DNA of 64,000 nt from Phallusia mammillata (lineage: Eukaryota), in the NCBI GenBank assembly GCA_965637545.1, contig OZ281500.1:10850001-10914000 (forward strand). The letters are read 5' to 3'. Below, in pieces: positions 11,701-23,179 of this stretch; position 1 is the first letter of the stretch; each line of letters starts with the position of its first letter. The translations under genes and the position numbers were made by a program. The notes below the pieces were generated by a model, which had not been told where the DNA came from, did no database searches, and worked only from the letters and a program-made list of their open reading frames with translations.

Positions 11701-14700
11701 TTTAAAAGATGTCAAGCTAAAGGTATGGTGTTGTAATATTGCTGGAATTTGTTTTTGTGTGAGTATGTGCTGTTTTACTTTTCGAACATTTATCACTGTA
11801 CGTAACTTTTGTGAAGTTTTGATCTTTAGATAAGTGTATGCATATTTGTAGTTCGTGTATCTGTTCATGTAATATCTATTTGTGTTCATTGTATGCAGAT
11901 GTTAGTGTGACATGTTGATGAATCATGTATTGCATAAGTCAAATGTACATTTTGTCATTATGTCAACTCAATGTGTTGCTACAATCACTGAAAGAACTGT
12001 CACACTGTAAATATAAGTTAAACTGTAGACCAAAGAGGTGGTCACAAACTGTTAAACCTATTTCATTATTCCTATGTTTTATGTAACATTATAGCAAATA
12101 CTAATCATTTTTTTATCAGACAAAAAAGATATTGGTTGGCAAAATGGGCCAGGAGGCGATTGAACTTGGTCATGGAGAGTTATGTTTATCGGACCTAGAG
12201 GAAAACACATGGATTGCCAGTTTATGTGACCTCCTGGAAAAAGTATGGAGCCACGGGTTGCTTACAAACCATAAAAAGGTATCATACTTAGTATATTTTT
12301 GGTAAAAAAGTAAAAGCATCATTAATTAACCGAAAATTTAAAAATAATTTTATTTGTGCTTAAAAGTACATTGCATGGTTATACTTTAATTATGATTATG
12401 AAACATAGCGTTGTAAAGCACAAACAAATCCAGTTTCATAATAAGCGTTTATTATACAACTGTATGGCAAATGTAACCACATTTAAATTTCACCATATTG
12501 AGTCCATGAAAAATTTCGCACAGGGTAAGTCAGCCTTATGGTCGCATCTTATTCAATACAACATGCAAGAAGAAGAAAAACACATCAAGAAGCATTCCCT
12601 TCAGCACCTGAGTGGGAGTTCACCTTCGCTTCTTAACGACGTAACGGACGAATCGAATTTCGATCGAAACTCATCTTATTATTCACTGCCGAGGTCTTTC
12701 CAACGAAAGCGGAACTCCGACGCTTCTCATAGACACCAAATACAGAGTAAGGGACTACATTGACGATTGTTTGTTTTGAGGGATTTTTTTAAAGGCCCAA
12801 CCAGAATTGTGTAGGGAGTATTTCCTACGTGGAAAAAACGTCTGGCTTTTCCATTGCACGGAAATGGTGTAACTTCTCTTAAGTAAAGTTGTATTGCTAG
12901 TAACATTAATAATTTTAAGTTCAATATATTGATTATGTATGTGTCAAAAATCTTCAAATTCGGTGACATATTAGTGTATATTACGGGTTTAAGTGGTCTG
13001 CACATACGAATACAGAGCTATGTAGTCTCTGTCATTTTTGAAAAAAGAGATTAATGTATTTTTTGAATTTTTAAAGTTGAAAATTTCTGTGTTTGATTTG
13101 TAGCTTCTCGACGTGCAAGTGAACTATCCTTGATTACAAGCAGTCAAAGCATTCCACCACCAAATTACGACCTACTAACATCAATCAGGTACAAATCCTG
13201 CATATCACATACGACTTAGCTTCGAGAATATTACTATAGGCATTATACTGCCATTACCAAGGCTTTGTTATGTTTTTGGTACTCTGCGTGTTGTTTGTCA
13301 CTTTTGATGCGTTGATAAAATCACGCCTAGCTTTGTTTGCCTCATGTCGTCATCGATCAAAAGGTTAATGATGAAACGACGCTGCTTGTGTGAATGCTTG
13401 CCAAGCTGCTTCCGTAAATACGCTTGTCACGTGCATAGCACCTTTGTTGTTTACCTCCGATCACATGTCTGCACACCTATTAATTTTGGTGCAACGAGAC
13501 TTTGAAATATTTGTGACAAAGTCTCATCTCGTTTAAGTTGTTAACAATGATATTGCGTTTTTGAATTTGCTTCGTATATTCTACCGATAACAAATATCTT
13601 AAACCAGTGCTATTCAACCTTTTCCTGTTATACACCATTCATGCCGTTGGTGGGATCTTATGCACTCTTATGATTGAGTTAACAATTGAGGGTTTTCTGT
13701 TGGTTCGCAGACATAAAACAAACATTTTAAGCTTTAAAAACGCAAATGTAAACTGATATTTTTAAAGTAAACGAAGCCATTGTAAAGTGGTATGTTACTT
13801 TGCTCTTATTTGGGCATTATTTTGTAAACCCCTTGAAAATCAACTGCGTGAAACCTAAGAGTTTCATTGAAGCCTTGTTTACAAGATAACAAACTAAAAG
13901 TGACTTCTTTTCGACAGTTTCATTTCCAATTATTTATTTGTTTTGTTATGCCAATGTTATGGTGATTTTGTAGGTGTATCTGCAGCATGCGTGACGTACA
14001 AACCGAAGTTGGACGAAGCAGAGCTTGGATTCGTCTTGCTTTGGAACAGAAGCAATTAAATTGTTATCTGCGACAGTTGCTAAACGACAGAAAACTCCTC
14101 AAGTATGTCATCGGTCATCTCACATAAAAACAGTAGCAATACGAGTCGCAAGTTACTGTTCTTAAATATACGTTTCTAATTTTTCTTGTCTAGACTATCT
14201 TTTTAGCCGTAAAATACCGTAATGTTCTCACGATCACAAACACAAGGGTTTCGTTTGGAGTTTAGACTTTAGCATGTAAAAATCCGCACTTAATATGTTA
14301 ATAATTCCAATTGTGGAAATATTCGAAATTTTTTTGTTATTTCTTGCGGCAACGGTGCGTGCTAGAAGAACAACTGAAAGAAACCTATAATATATCTTTA
14401 AACCTAAGATTGCAATATTCAGTAAAAAGAATTTCAAGCCCACTTTTTTTGAGTACTATCGTCACATATCGTGTATGGTTTGCTGGTTCATTGTGTACAA
14501 AAATGGAGTTTTTTTTCTGTTGTCTGAACTATTCTTTCCTCTTCCAGTGTTATGTATAAGCGTTATTCCTTACTTCAATGTGACGACCAATGTGAGCAGT
14601 TTCTAATCCATTTGCTGTCTCTCAACGCTGCCGACTTTACCTGCTTTACAAATTCATTCCCCAAAACTGGTAAGGGCAAGGAAAATTGAAATAGAATCTT

Positions 14701-17700
14701 CCCAACCGAAATAGTGACGTTTAGTGTTTTTTTACAGGATCTATACCGCGTAATAGTAGGCATCGGCATCCTATGTCGACGATCACTGATTATATGTGTA
14801 ATTCTATGTAATTTAAAATGCATTTTGAATAAAAGCGATGACCACAAGGATGAAATATATTTCGTTTCAAGACTATTTGTTGACTGATTCTTATTCAGAA
14901 GCGTTGTTGCTTTGTCAATTATTCCATTCGAAATAGAGTGTTTATTAGGCGCTGGAGTCTTTTAGGTATATAACTTACTAGTGCTTATTCAAAAACCGTT
15001 TCTCTCCTATTTAGCGTTTCGGAAACATTATAATTTTAAGTATTTGCTTTGTTTGCAGTGATCGAGTATCAAGTGTGGATTATGCCCGGCCGGCAACTTT
15101 CAGGGCCTTCACAGACCACCGCTAATATCTACATGAAGATAGGCGGGGAACAGTGCAATACTGAACTGATAGCTGTGCCAAAAAACTGCCTCGAATTTAC
15201 TTTTAAGGTAACATACAACGTGTAGTGAAGCGTAAAGCTCTCAGATTGCAAAGTAGTCAAGATTTAAAAAAATATTCCTTGGGGCAACCACGGCAAAGTG
15301 TGATTTCCTTTAACAAGGTAGTTTAACATTTTTTTTGCATTTCAGCATCAAAACTTAGGAGTGATGACTACATTACTGGTTGGTCACGACAACTCAGGAA
15401 TGTTTCCAAAGTGGCTTCTAGATTCTGTTGTCGCCAGAAACTTATTTACCGGACAGGTTGGTATTAAAACGCGTCGTATGCGCGCCACAAAAACAATGTA
15501 AAATTGTAAATCTAAAAGAGATATTTTCTGTTTTTTATTTTTGGAAAATACATACAATAATGCAAGAAACTTCACATTAACAAAAATTATTACCTTTTCT
15601 TTTCTGTGCGCCTTTATCTGAAATATTTTTATTAGTTCTATTTTTAGTTTTGTTTTTTCTTGTCGCAGACATATGTGCTTCCATGTTTTCGTTGGCTGGG
15701 AAGGAACGTTGATGACAACAGCATAGAGCGCCTCCTACTGGCCGAAATTGTTCCACACGGCGAAAATGTGACAAATTCTATTTCTCGAATGGCGGCAAAA
15801 AGGTCCGTACTGTATTAATTTTCAGCAAGTGCTTATATAAGTCTCGTCTAGCAGTAAAATTGATCAAATTTTTTAACGGTCACAGTAGGAATCTAAAGTA
15901 AAAATTTTACCACCTGACTTTTTTAGTTTCTAAATTTTAATTTCAAACGAAACATGATACATCTGCTCTGTAGTTTATGTTGTAAAGTGAATGAAATGTC
16001 AAGCGAGTATAGTAAGCCCTATTTAGGACAGTGCAAGCCACTGTTATAGTTGGTGTCATAACTCTGTGCTTATTTATTTGCATTCAACTAAAGCATGGTA
16101 GTGCTTCATTTTTGTAATAAAATTCATAATTAACCGTAGTTTGTGTAAGCGCTTGTTTTCTATTTCAGATCATTTTCCACCGCAACTGTACCGGAACTGC
16201 AGGAGAGAGTCGGACAAGCTGTCAACGACATTTACAAATATTTTCATCACCCCTCGCGTGAACTCAGTCAGACAAAACTTGCCGGACCACCAGCGATGTA
16301 CACCAAGCTATTGTACACCCTCGTGATGGCGCTGGAGGGAGTTTTTACGCACGGCATGAAAAGCTCGACGCGACTGTTCAGGTGGAGTTTAGCTTTGTTA
16401 AATGTATTCAAAGTAAACTTATTAATGAAATATCCTTGCAAGCAAAGGCAAAGGACTGCGACGATTCAGGATCATTAATTCATGATTGCAGGAAATTTTA
16501 AAGTGAAAACAGTAAATCAGTCGCTTTATTTTATTATTTTTATCTTGCTTATAAAAGCGAAATGCTTTTGTTTGTAAAACAATAACTGTATTCAAATTTA
16601 TATTTTGTGGGAAAGTTGGTCCCCCATTTTGAGCAAGCTTTTTAGTCCATTAAACCAGGTCATACAATTTTTTGTTACTGTTGGACACTTCATTAACTTA
16701 GACGTAAATTAAAGTGTCCGTCGCCCGATTAAATTTTTTTTAATGTAAAATGATTTCGAGCCATGCACAAGCATAAGTAATCTATTTTTATAATGCGTAA
16801 TCTAGGGAATAGTCTGTATTTAAAAACCAACTAGGATAGCACCTAAAGATAACATAAGATTAATTTTGTTTTCAGCCGGCGCCGCTTCTTTGCCTGGGAC
16901 GTTGTTATGGAAACCGTTCTCTCGCTTCAAGGTAACGGCAACGGCGAAGTCACCGAAACGACAGACAATAAACTCTCTGCTACATTGCCGCCTAGCGGAA
17001 GCACTGTTGCAGCGGGTGGCGATTGGTTTTTAGGTAAGCAACGCAAACGCCCAATTCGGACAAAACTCGGGGTACAAATAAATTGTAATGTGGTAAGGTC
17101 TTGAACTAATCGACATCGCTTTATCCGGATCTTCGCCTTATCCGGACAAATTTGTTGGTCCAAACGGGTCCGGATCAACCGAGGTTTACTGCGATATATT
17201 ACTTAATCATTTGTGGCTTTTTCTGTGCCATTATAGTTATTATGTTTATGGGACCTTTATTGCTCTCAGTTGATGCTGCACAGTAATGATGTTTTTAGTC
17301 AGCAGCAAGTTTTGCAGCTTTGCTGTTGGGGTAAAAACCCCAGAGATGTTGTGGCCTGATTACACATTGTGTGACGTTTGTCTGACGTCTGTAAGGGTTG
17401 CAGCGGCGTCAGACGCGCTACCATGTACAAAACATCTTGAATAGCCCACAGCTGAATAAGTCGTGATGATTTCGTCTAATGGTAATCGACTAAAAAAGTG
17501 ATATTTTTCGACTTGCTTTGTGTTAAATAATGCACCTGAAATAATGAACTAAAGTCGGCAACATTGTGTTTTTGGCAAATAGAAACCCTGTACGAATTTT
17601 GAAATGAAAAACTTTTATCATGTCCATTAACCTACGGCAGGGCGCCTTTCAAAACCCAAAGTAACGCATACATGCAGTTTTAAAGTTCCCCACTTCGATT

Positions 17701-20700
17701 ATGATCGAGACTATGTTGGATATTGGCTATATACTTTAGCAGCTAACTTAAGTAACGGTAAAGATAGAACACTTCTGATAACCCTTAAATACGATGCAGC
17801 TAAATTTAGCACACCTTGACAGAATACCTCGCATTTCAAAGGTTTTTGAACAATCCTTGCTTTAAAAACGCGATTTTTTTCCTTTTGCTCGTGTGACCCC
17901 CAGTCTAACCGCAGCCAACCCTAAATCTGCTGCCGAGTAATGTTATCCTCTGGGTAAATAAAAGTGTGTCGTGCACGATTGAAACTATGCTAGCCACATT
18001 CACCGCAAGCCACAAATATGCCAACACAAAAAGCTGCCGTCAACAAAGGCTTTAGGAGCTGTGATTTTTTGTCCGCGTTTTTAACCGATATTTTGGGTGT
18101 TGAAAGAGTGACTGGACTTGAAATTTACTTTGCTGACTAAGCTGGCAGTTTACTAAGCCCCTGAAACCTCGGTCAAGATAGTTGAAAGTTTAAAAGCTCT
18201 CGTATTGAGCTTGGTGTTGAAAAATAATACTAACTTTCTAGGAAAAATTAAGGCCTTTTAATATTTTTGCTATAGTTATTAACTATTCGATATACCCTTG
18301 TAACTATTTATAGTAATACCCTTGTAACTATTCGATAGCAAAAATTCTTACTGTGTCAAACTTTTACTGCCGATGTCATTTCTGTAACTATTAGGTTTTC
18401 TTCTAAACATTACATTTTAAACCAGGCAACCGCGACCCACCTTCAAAACCCACATCTCAAAGAAAATCTCGGAAATCTTCCCAACGCGATAGCAGGAGGG
18501 ACCGTGATGACGCTATCGTGAGCCAGTCAAGGTGTGTAATTGTGATGTCATATAGTATTACACCACGTTTTATGCTTAACTTGTTTCAATCGAAGCGATC
18601 AAATCAAATCCCTGGCTCCTTTTGAAAGGACAGAGTTACTTCTTTTTAAACATACAAATATATTTTTTAGGAGAGAGAATATTTAGTCAGTCGATACACG
18701 AATTCGACTTTAATCGGACCATACTGGAATGCATATGTAAAATTATTATACCAAATTGTGGTCTTTGAGGACGAACCACGTTAACAAATACTACATTTTT
18801 ATGGGTCCCATGAAGGGGACACAAGTTGTTTTTGTCCGTATTTTTTTTTGTCTAACGCTGATTTGTAATGCTCGTTTGGTCAAGAAAGAGTGCTTCAAAT
18901 TTATTCAAATTTGGACACATGTTAGTTATTAATCTGAACTTGATCCTCCAGAAGTTTGACCCCGAATGGTCCAGCGGTTCACCCACAGGTGTCCGAAACA
19001 TAAAATTTTTAAAGCTGGTTTGTAATGCTCGTTTGGCAAAGAAACAGTGCTTCAAATTTATTCAGATTTAAAAAGATGTTAGTTACTAATCCGGATTTGA
19101 TCCTCCTAAAGTTGGGTTAATGCTTTCTGAAAAAAATTCCTTTGCAATCTAAAAACCACCGGAATATTTGTTTACCGTAAATGCGCACAAACGCGCGTGT
19201 GGGGACCCATTCGTTTATTCTTACAAAAACAATCATGTGTGTTGATCAAATAATGTGTATAGTAAATTGGTAAACAGGATATAATATATGTAATGGAAGT
19301 ATATCAGAAATCCATTTTTCTAGTTTTTATTCTGTTTGTAGTAATTTAAGGTTAACCAATTAAAGGCCTGGCTCAGATTTTGAAACTAATTGTACATGGC
19401 ATTGGTTTTACCCTAATTAATTGAATAAAAGCAAACCAGCTTACATTTCAGTTTTTGGCTGCTTTCTTTTGTTGCTGGAAACCATTACTTGTAACATTTC
19501 TCCGGATAACATGTCCTACATCGCTGCCAATGGTCTTTAAGCTTTTTTTACAAGGTTTGCGAAACTTGTTCAATGAATAATGCATCGTAAGTAGGATAAA
19601 TTAACCGATTCAACCTAAAGATAATCCGATTCCCAGCACAAGCTTCAAGCTGATGCCGCGGGTAACGCAAGAAATTACATTGCCCTTTTGGGAAAAAATA
19701 GGTTATCCAAAATTACAGGAAATGGTAAAATAGAAGGGTAAAACACTTGTTTTTCCGGTAGATAAGAAGACCTAAAAACAAAGATGTGTACCTGTTGTAT
19801 ATTCGTGAACTAAGCATCGTATACATGCATAAAAGTGGAAAACTTGTATTGCTAATATGTTTACATTGAGTTGAACACTTGCAGTGACCCACTACTTTGT
19901 GCAATAAACTTATGTCGTATGGTCGACACTTAATTGTTGACATCCAAACAACATTAGACAGTTAGACTATTTCAATTTTGACCAAGGTCTATAGTACCAT
20001 CTATGTTTGATGTAGTCCAATAATTTAAGGTCTTAATGTCAAACCTGGTACTAGAAACAAAAGTCGTCAATTTTGCGGCACCTACGCACAAAACGTCAAA
20101 ACTCGAATGTAACCTAACGCGTAAATTGCCTTTGACCCACCCACTACAACACTGAAACTGGACGGAAAACATGTTTTTGCAGCTTGGAACGTGAAAGTGC
20201 CGCTCTATCTCGCATGTGTGACGTGGCAACTCGGATATCTGGTGGTGACGCTTCGGGTCAAACCCAACCCCAACAGCAACAGCAACGTCTCGGCAAGGAC
20301 GATATGTTTTATTTGCTTATGCTGGTCGGAATCAAAGAGCAGAATTTGACACTGTGGCTGCGAAAAACATCAGAAGTAGCGAAGGTTTGTATTATTTTTT
20401 CGTACATTTTCTTTCTTTTTTTTTGCATGAAACTCTTTTACACAACACATAGCGCCTAAGCCGTAACGGAAGTGAACGCCAGTCATAAATTTGACTTATA
20501 TGGTTGCGGCGGTTGTATTAGCGCAATTGCTGGGTAATATACTTACCACAAAAATTCAGACGTAGGTTTGACGCAAGAATCATAAAACAAATTTGCTTTC
20601 TCCAGCTCTCGGTTTTCGTCACAAAGTTACCTTTATAAGGGCCAGTATCAAAAACACTTCGTTTAAAAAAGTTTGTGCAGCAATTGATCTATTAATTGTT

Positions 20701-23179
20701 ACGCCAAGTATGTGTCCTGTGATAATGTTCTGAAAGCTTTCGGTCAACCAATAATATGATGTTTGTTTGTACTTCGTTCATATTTCATATAATTGCTGAC
20801 AGTTCTACAGGTTTGCCTTAGACTTGTTTTTAGCGGCACACTCAAAACGAATGCAAAATTAGTGGCACAAATTTTGTTATGCGAACGAATTTGAGATTTC
20901 GTTTTCGGACAATCGAAAGATGTTGAGAGGCGTAGTGACTGTGCGTAAATCGATCTGTAAGCCGCATTTTGTCGCGCGCAATTCCTGGAAAAGTGGTTTG
21001 CACGTCAATAGAAGGCGCCCAGACAACCATGTTTATAGACTTGTGGCTGAACTGTAGGAAGATGTCAGTTCTTACTATAATTAATCGCTAAAAAAAGCGA
21101 AATATACCAAATCCTGACATACTCGGTGTTATCAACATGTAATTTAAAATTCCCAACTTTATTGTTTTCTTATCAGCACTGCTTATGCTGTACTTTGAAA
21201 AGATTTAATTTGTTTTTGAATGATTTATCACTTGGAAAGTTTAACGTTTGTTGGCCTCATCAGGTCGAGTAAGCTACCGCGTATTATCTTAAACCGCTTC
21301 TATCCCCAGCGGCCATGAACAATACTCAAGTACGAATTGATTGCGCAAATTCAATTGTATTGATCCCCTTCTATAACCCGTATGTCATGAAAATCAATTT
21401 CAAATATGTTTTCTAACTCTGTCCGCAGACCGCGCTCGTAAACGATTTTCAATCAAACACTATTGGCATTTTGACCATTCCCTCAAAGTCTTGGAAATGT
21501 TTTCTTTCTGTGCGTCTAACGCGAACAAGTTCCAAGTACAAAACACTAATGTAGTGGCTTTGCGTCAGTCAAAGGCAAAACACTTCAGAAATTCTGTTTC
21601 AAAATTGTTTCCACCAAATCACCCTAGTTTATCTCATTCAACCCACTCAAGTTCCGCACAACACACGGCACCTAATCCGTAACGGAAGTAAGAACGCCGC
21701 CCTCTTGGCTTATGTGGTTGCGACGCTTGTTTATTTGCTCACTTGCGTATGCGTCTCACCAGTCACCAACCGACGCAACACAAAACATCTATTTTGTTCC
21801 TGGCATTTAGCGTTTCAGCATATTACTTCCTTCCCCCGTGCGTCCATTAGCGCAAACGTGCATAATTAAATACGAACCTATACTTTACTTTTTGGGACGT
21901 TCTCGTTTTCTCCTTTCGACAAATTTCGACGTTGTAAACTTCTTTTCCAAGGGTGAACGCTGTGTTTTTCTTAGGTTTTTTTTTACCTCGGTTTGCACAA
22001 AAGCGGTTTTTATTTTTTTAAATATTTTTGCTTGGAAGGGCATCTGGATAAATGCACGAATTTTATTTACGAACTTGCATTTTACTCAAATTCGGGTCAT
22101 CGTACGAGTCGCATTTACTCCTATTAATTTTTGTCCGAAAAAAAATGGTTCTTCTCCTGGGCGTATTTTCGTTTTTGACCTTTTTATGTCGTCATGTTAA
22201 ATGTCCAAGAAAATGAGAAGTGGTTTTGTTCTACATTCCAACCAATTATATATGCCATAAGCAAAATATTTTTATTTGTATTTGTAAATGCATGTTTGGG
22301 GCAAATTCTTTTCTTAAAAAATATCGCAGGTAATCCACATCTGACTCAGGTGATTTACAATTTACACTTTCAGATAAAATGTGATATAACTGTTACAGAA
22401 CTCCAACCATTCAATATAAGGAATTAAGCATTGCATTTGCCTTTCTCTCAAAGTCAATTGTGAATCGCAGTTGACAAAAAAATCAATGCTTTGTGACAAT
22501 TGCGAGCAACCACCTTTTTTCCGTCGTGTCAGTCACCAAAATCTCTTTACCTTTTGGGGATTTCAGCATGCGGGGATCAGTTAACCTGACAACTCATGGG
22601 TGGCCATAGGCAAACTGCGCCAAAAGATATTGTTGCGCCAATTATAAGCGACCCATGGTTGAAAACCCACGAAGGGTCACAGCCTTGTGCTTACAGAAGC
22701 GTTGCTTACTGGGTTGCCGTTTTTATTATGTCAATTCTCCCAACGCCCCTTTTGTTTCCGGTTGGTGTTAAGTAACGTCGCCTTGGCCTAAGTATTTTAC
22801 AAGAATTGTTATTTTAATTGGATATAGCAGGTGGAAAATGATTTTTTGGTGTTGCTTTCCGGCGAATGCAAGCCTTCAAGCGAGGGAGTGTTTGTAAATA
22901 TAGTGCAACAATGTCTTTTAAGATGAAACTTTCCCAACTATTATTCCAGTTTTTATTTTTGTATGTGTTAGATTTCTAAATGTATTCACCATAGGCCATT
23001 TTCAGGGTAACATTAACCATTTTTGACAATTTTAGGGTTGTCAGCATATATATGAAGACTCTGCGTTCCTCTGCGACACCTCGGCGGTGGCTTTCCTGTC
23101 CCAAGTTCTTGGAATGTTGTGGAAATTTGACACACCGCTCGATAAGCATCTGCTTCGTGGGTTTAATTTTGGACCTTGA
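5796..23179 (+). CDS. DENND5: DENN domain-containing protein 5 (Rab6IP1; uDENN-cDENN-dDENN, RUN1, PLAT, RUN2); ~1377 aa if the A-run frameshift is corrected
   Basis: Exons 5796-5931, 6209-6294, 6372-6546, 6966-7168, 7770-7977, 8175-8362, 8711-8836, 9075-9156, 9228-9388, 9824-9994, 10296-10430, 10610-10778, 10848-10981, 11089-11187, 11597-11722, 12120-12278, 12524-12746, 13104-13188, 13974-14102, 14548-14669, 15059-15206, 15346-15456, 15669-15802, 16169-16381, 16876-17033, 18426-18531, 20183-20384, 23036-23179. Motifs [69 protein letters not shown] and GHDNSG match DENND5A/B. All phases are consistent except at ~15181. Confidence 0.95.
13605..13890. mobile_element. Decayed copy of the 3904-type MITE in a DENND5 intron
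   Basis: Starts CAGTGCTATTCAACCTTTT, with diverged similarity to 3904 onward. Right end and TSD degenerate. Confidence 0.5.
17092..17191. mobile_element. Short Tc1/pogo-like MITE remnant
   Basis: Right end CCGGATCAACCGAGGTTTACTG resembles a CAGTAAA-type TIR, with repeated TCCGGA. Left end degenerate; no clean TA duplication. Confidence 0.35.
18857..19117 (+). repeat. Direct repeat: two ~100-bp copies, 157-bp period
   Basis: TTTGTAATGCTCGTTTGG...GTGCTTCAAATTTATTCA...ATGTTAGTTA...TTGATCCTCC at 18862 and 19019. Confidence 0.85.
20441..21790 (+). repeat. Two diverged copies (20441-~20590 and 21657-~21790) of a ~130-bp element in the last coding DENND5 intron
   Basis: Shared blocks CACAACACA, CCTAA.CCGTAACGGAAGT, GAACGCC, CTTAT.TGGTTGCG.CG.TTGT and GACGCAA. 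Confidence 0.8.

Noticed and set aside
12524-12530. AG/GGTAAGT resembling a recursive splice site
   Set aside because: It encodes the conserved GKSALWSHL, and the intron is short; explained by coding constraint.
13331-13363. Possible 33-nt phase 2-2 cassette exon in DENND5
   Set aside because: The donor is plausible but the acceptor lacks a pyrimidine tract; too weak without reads.
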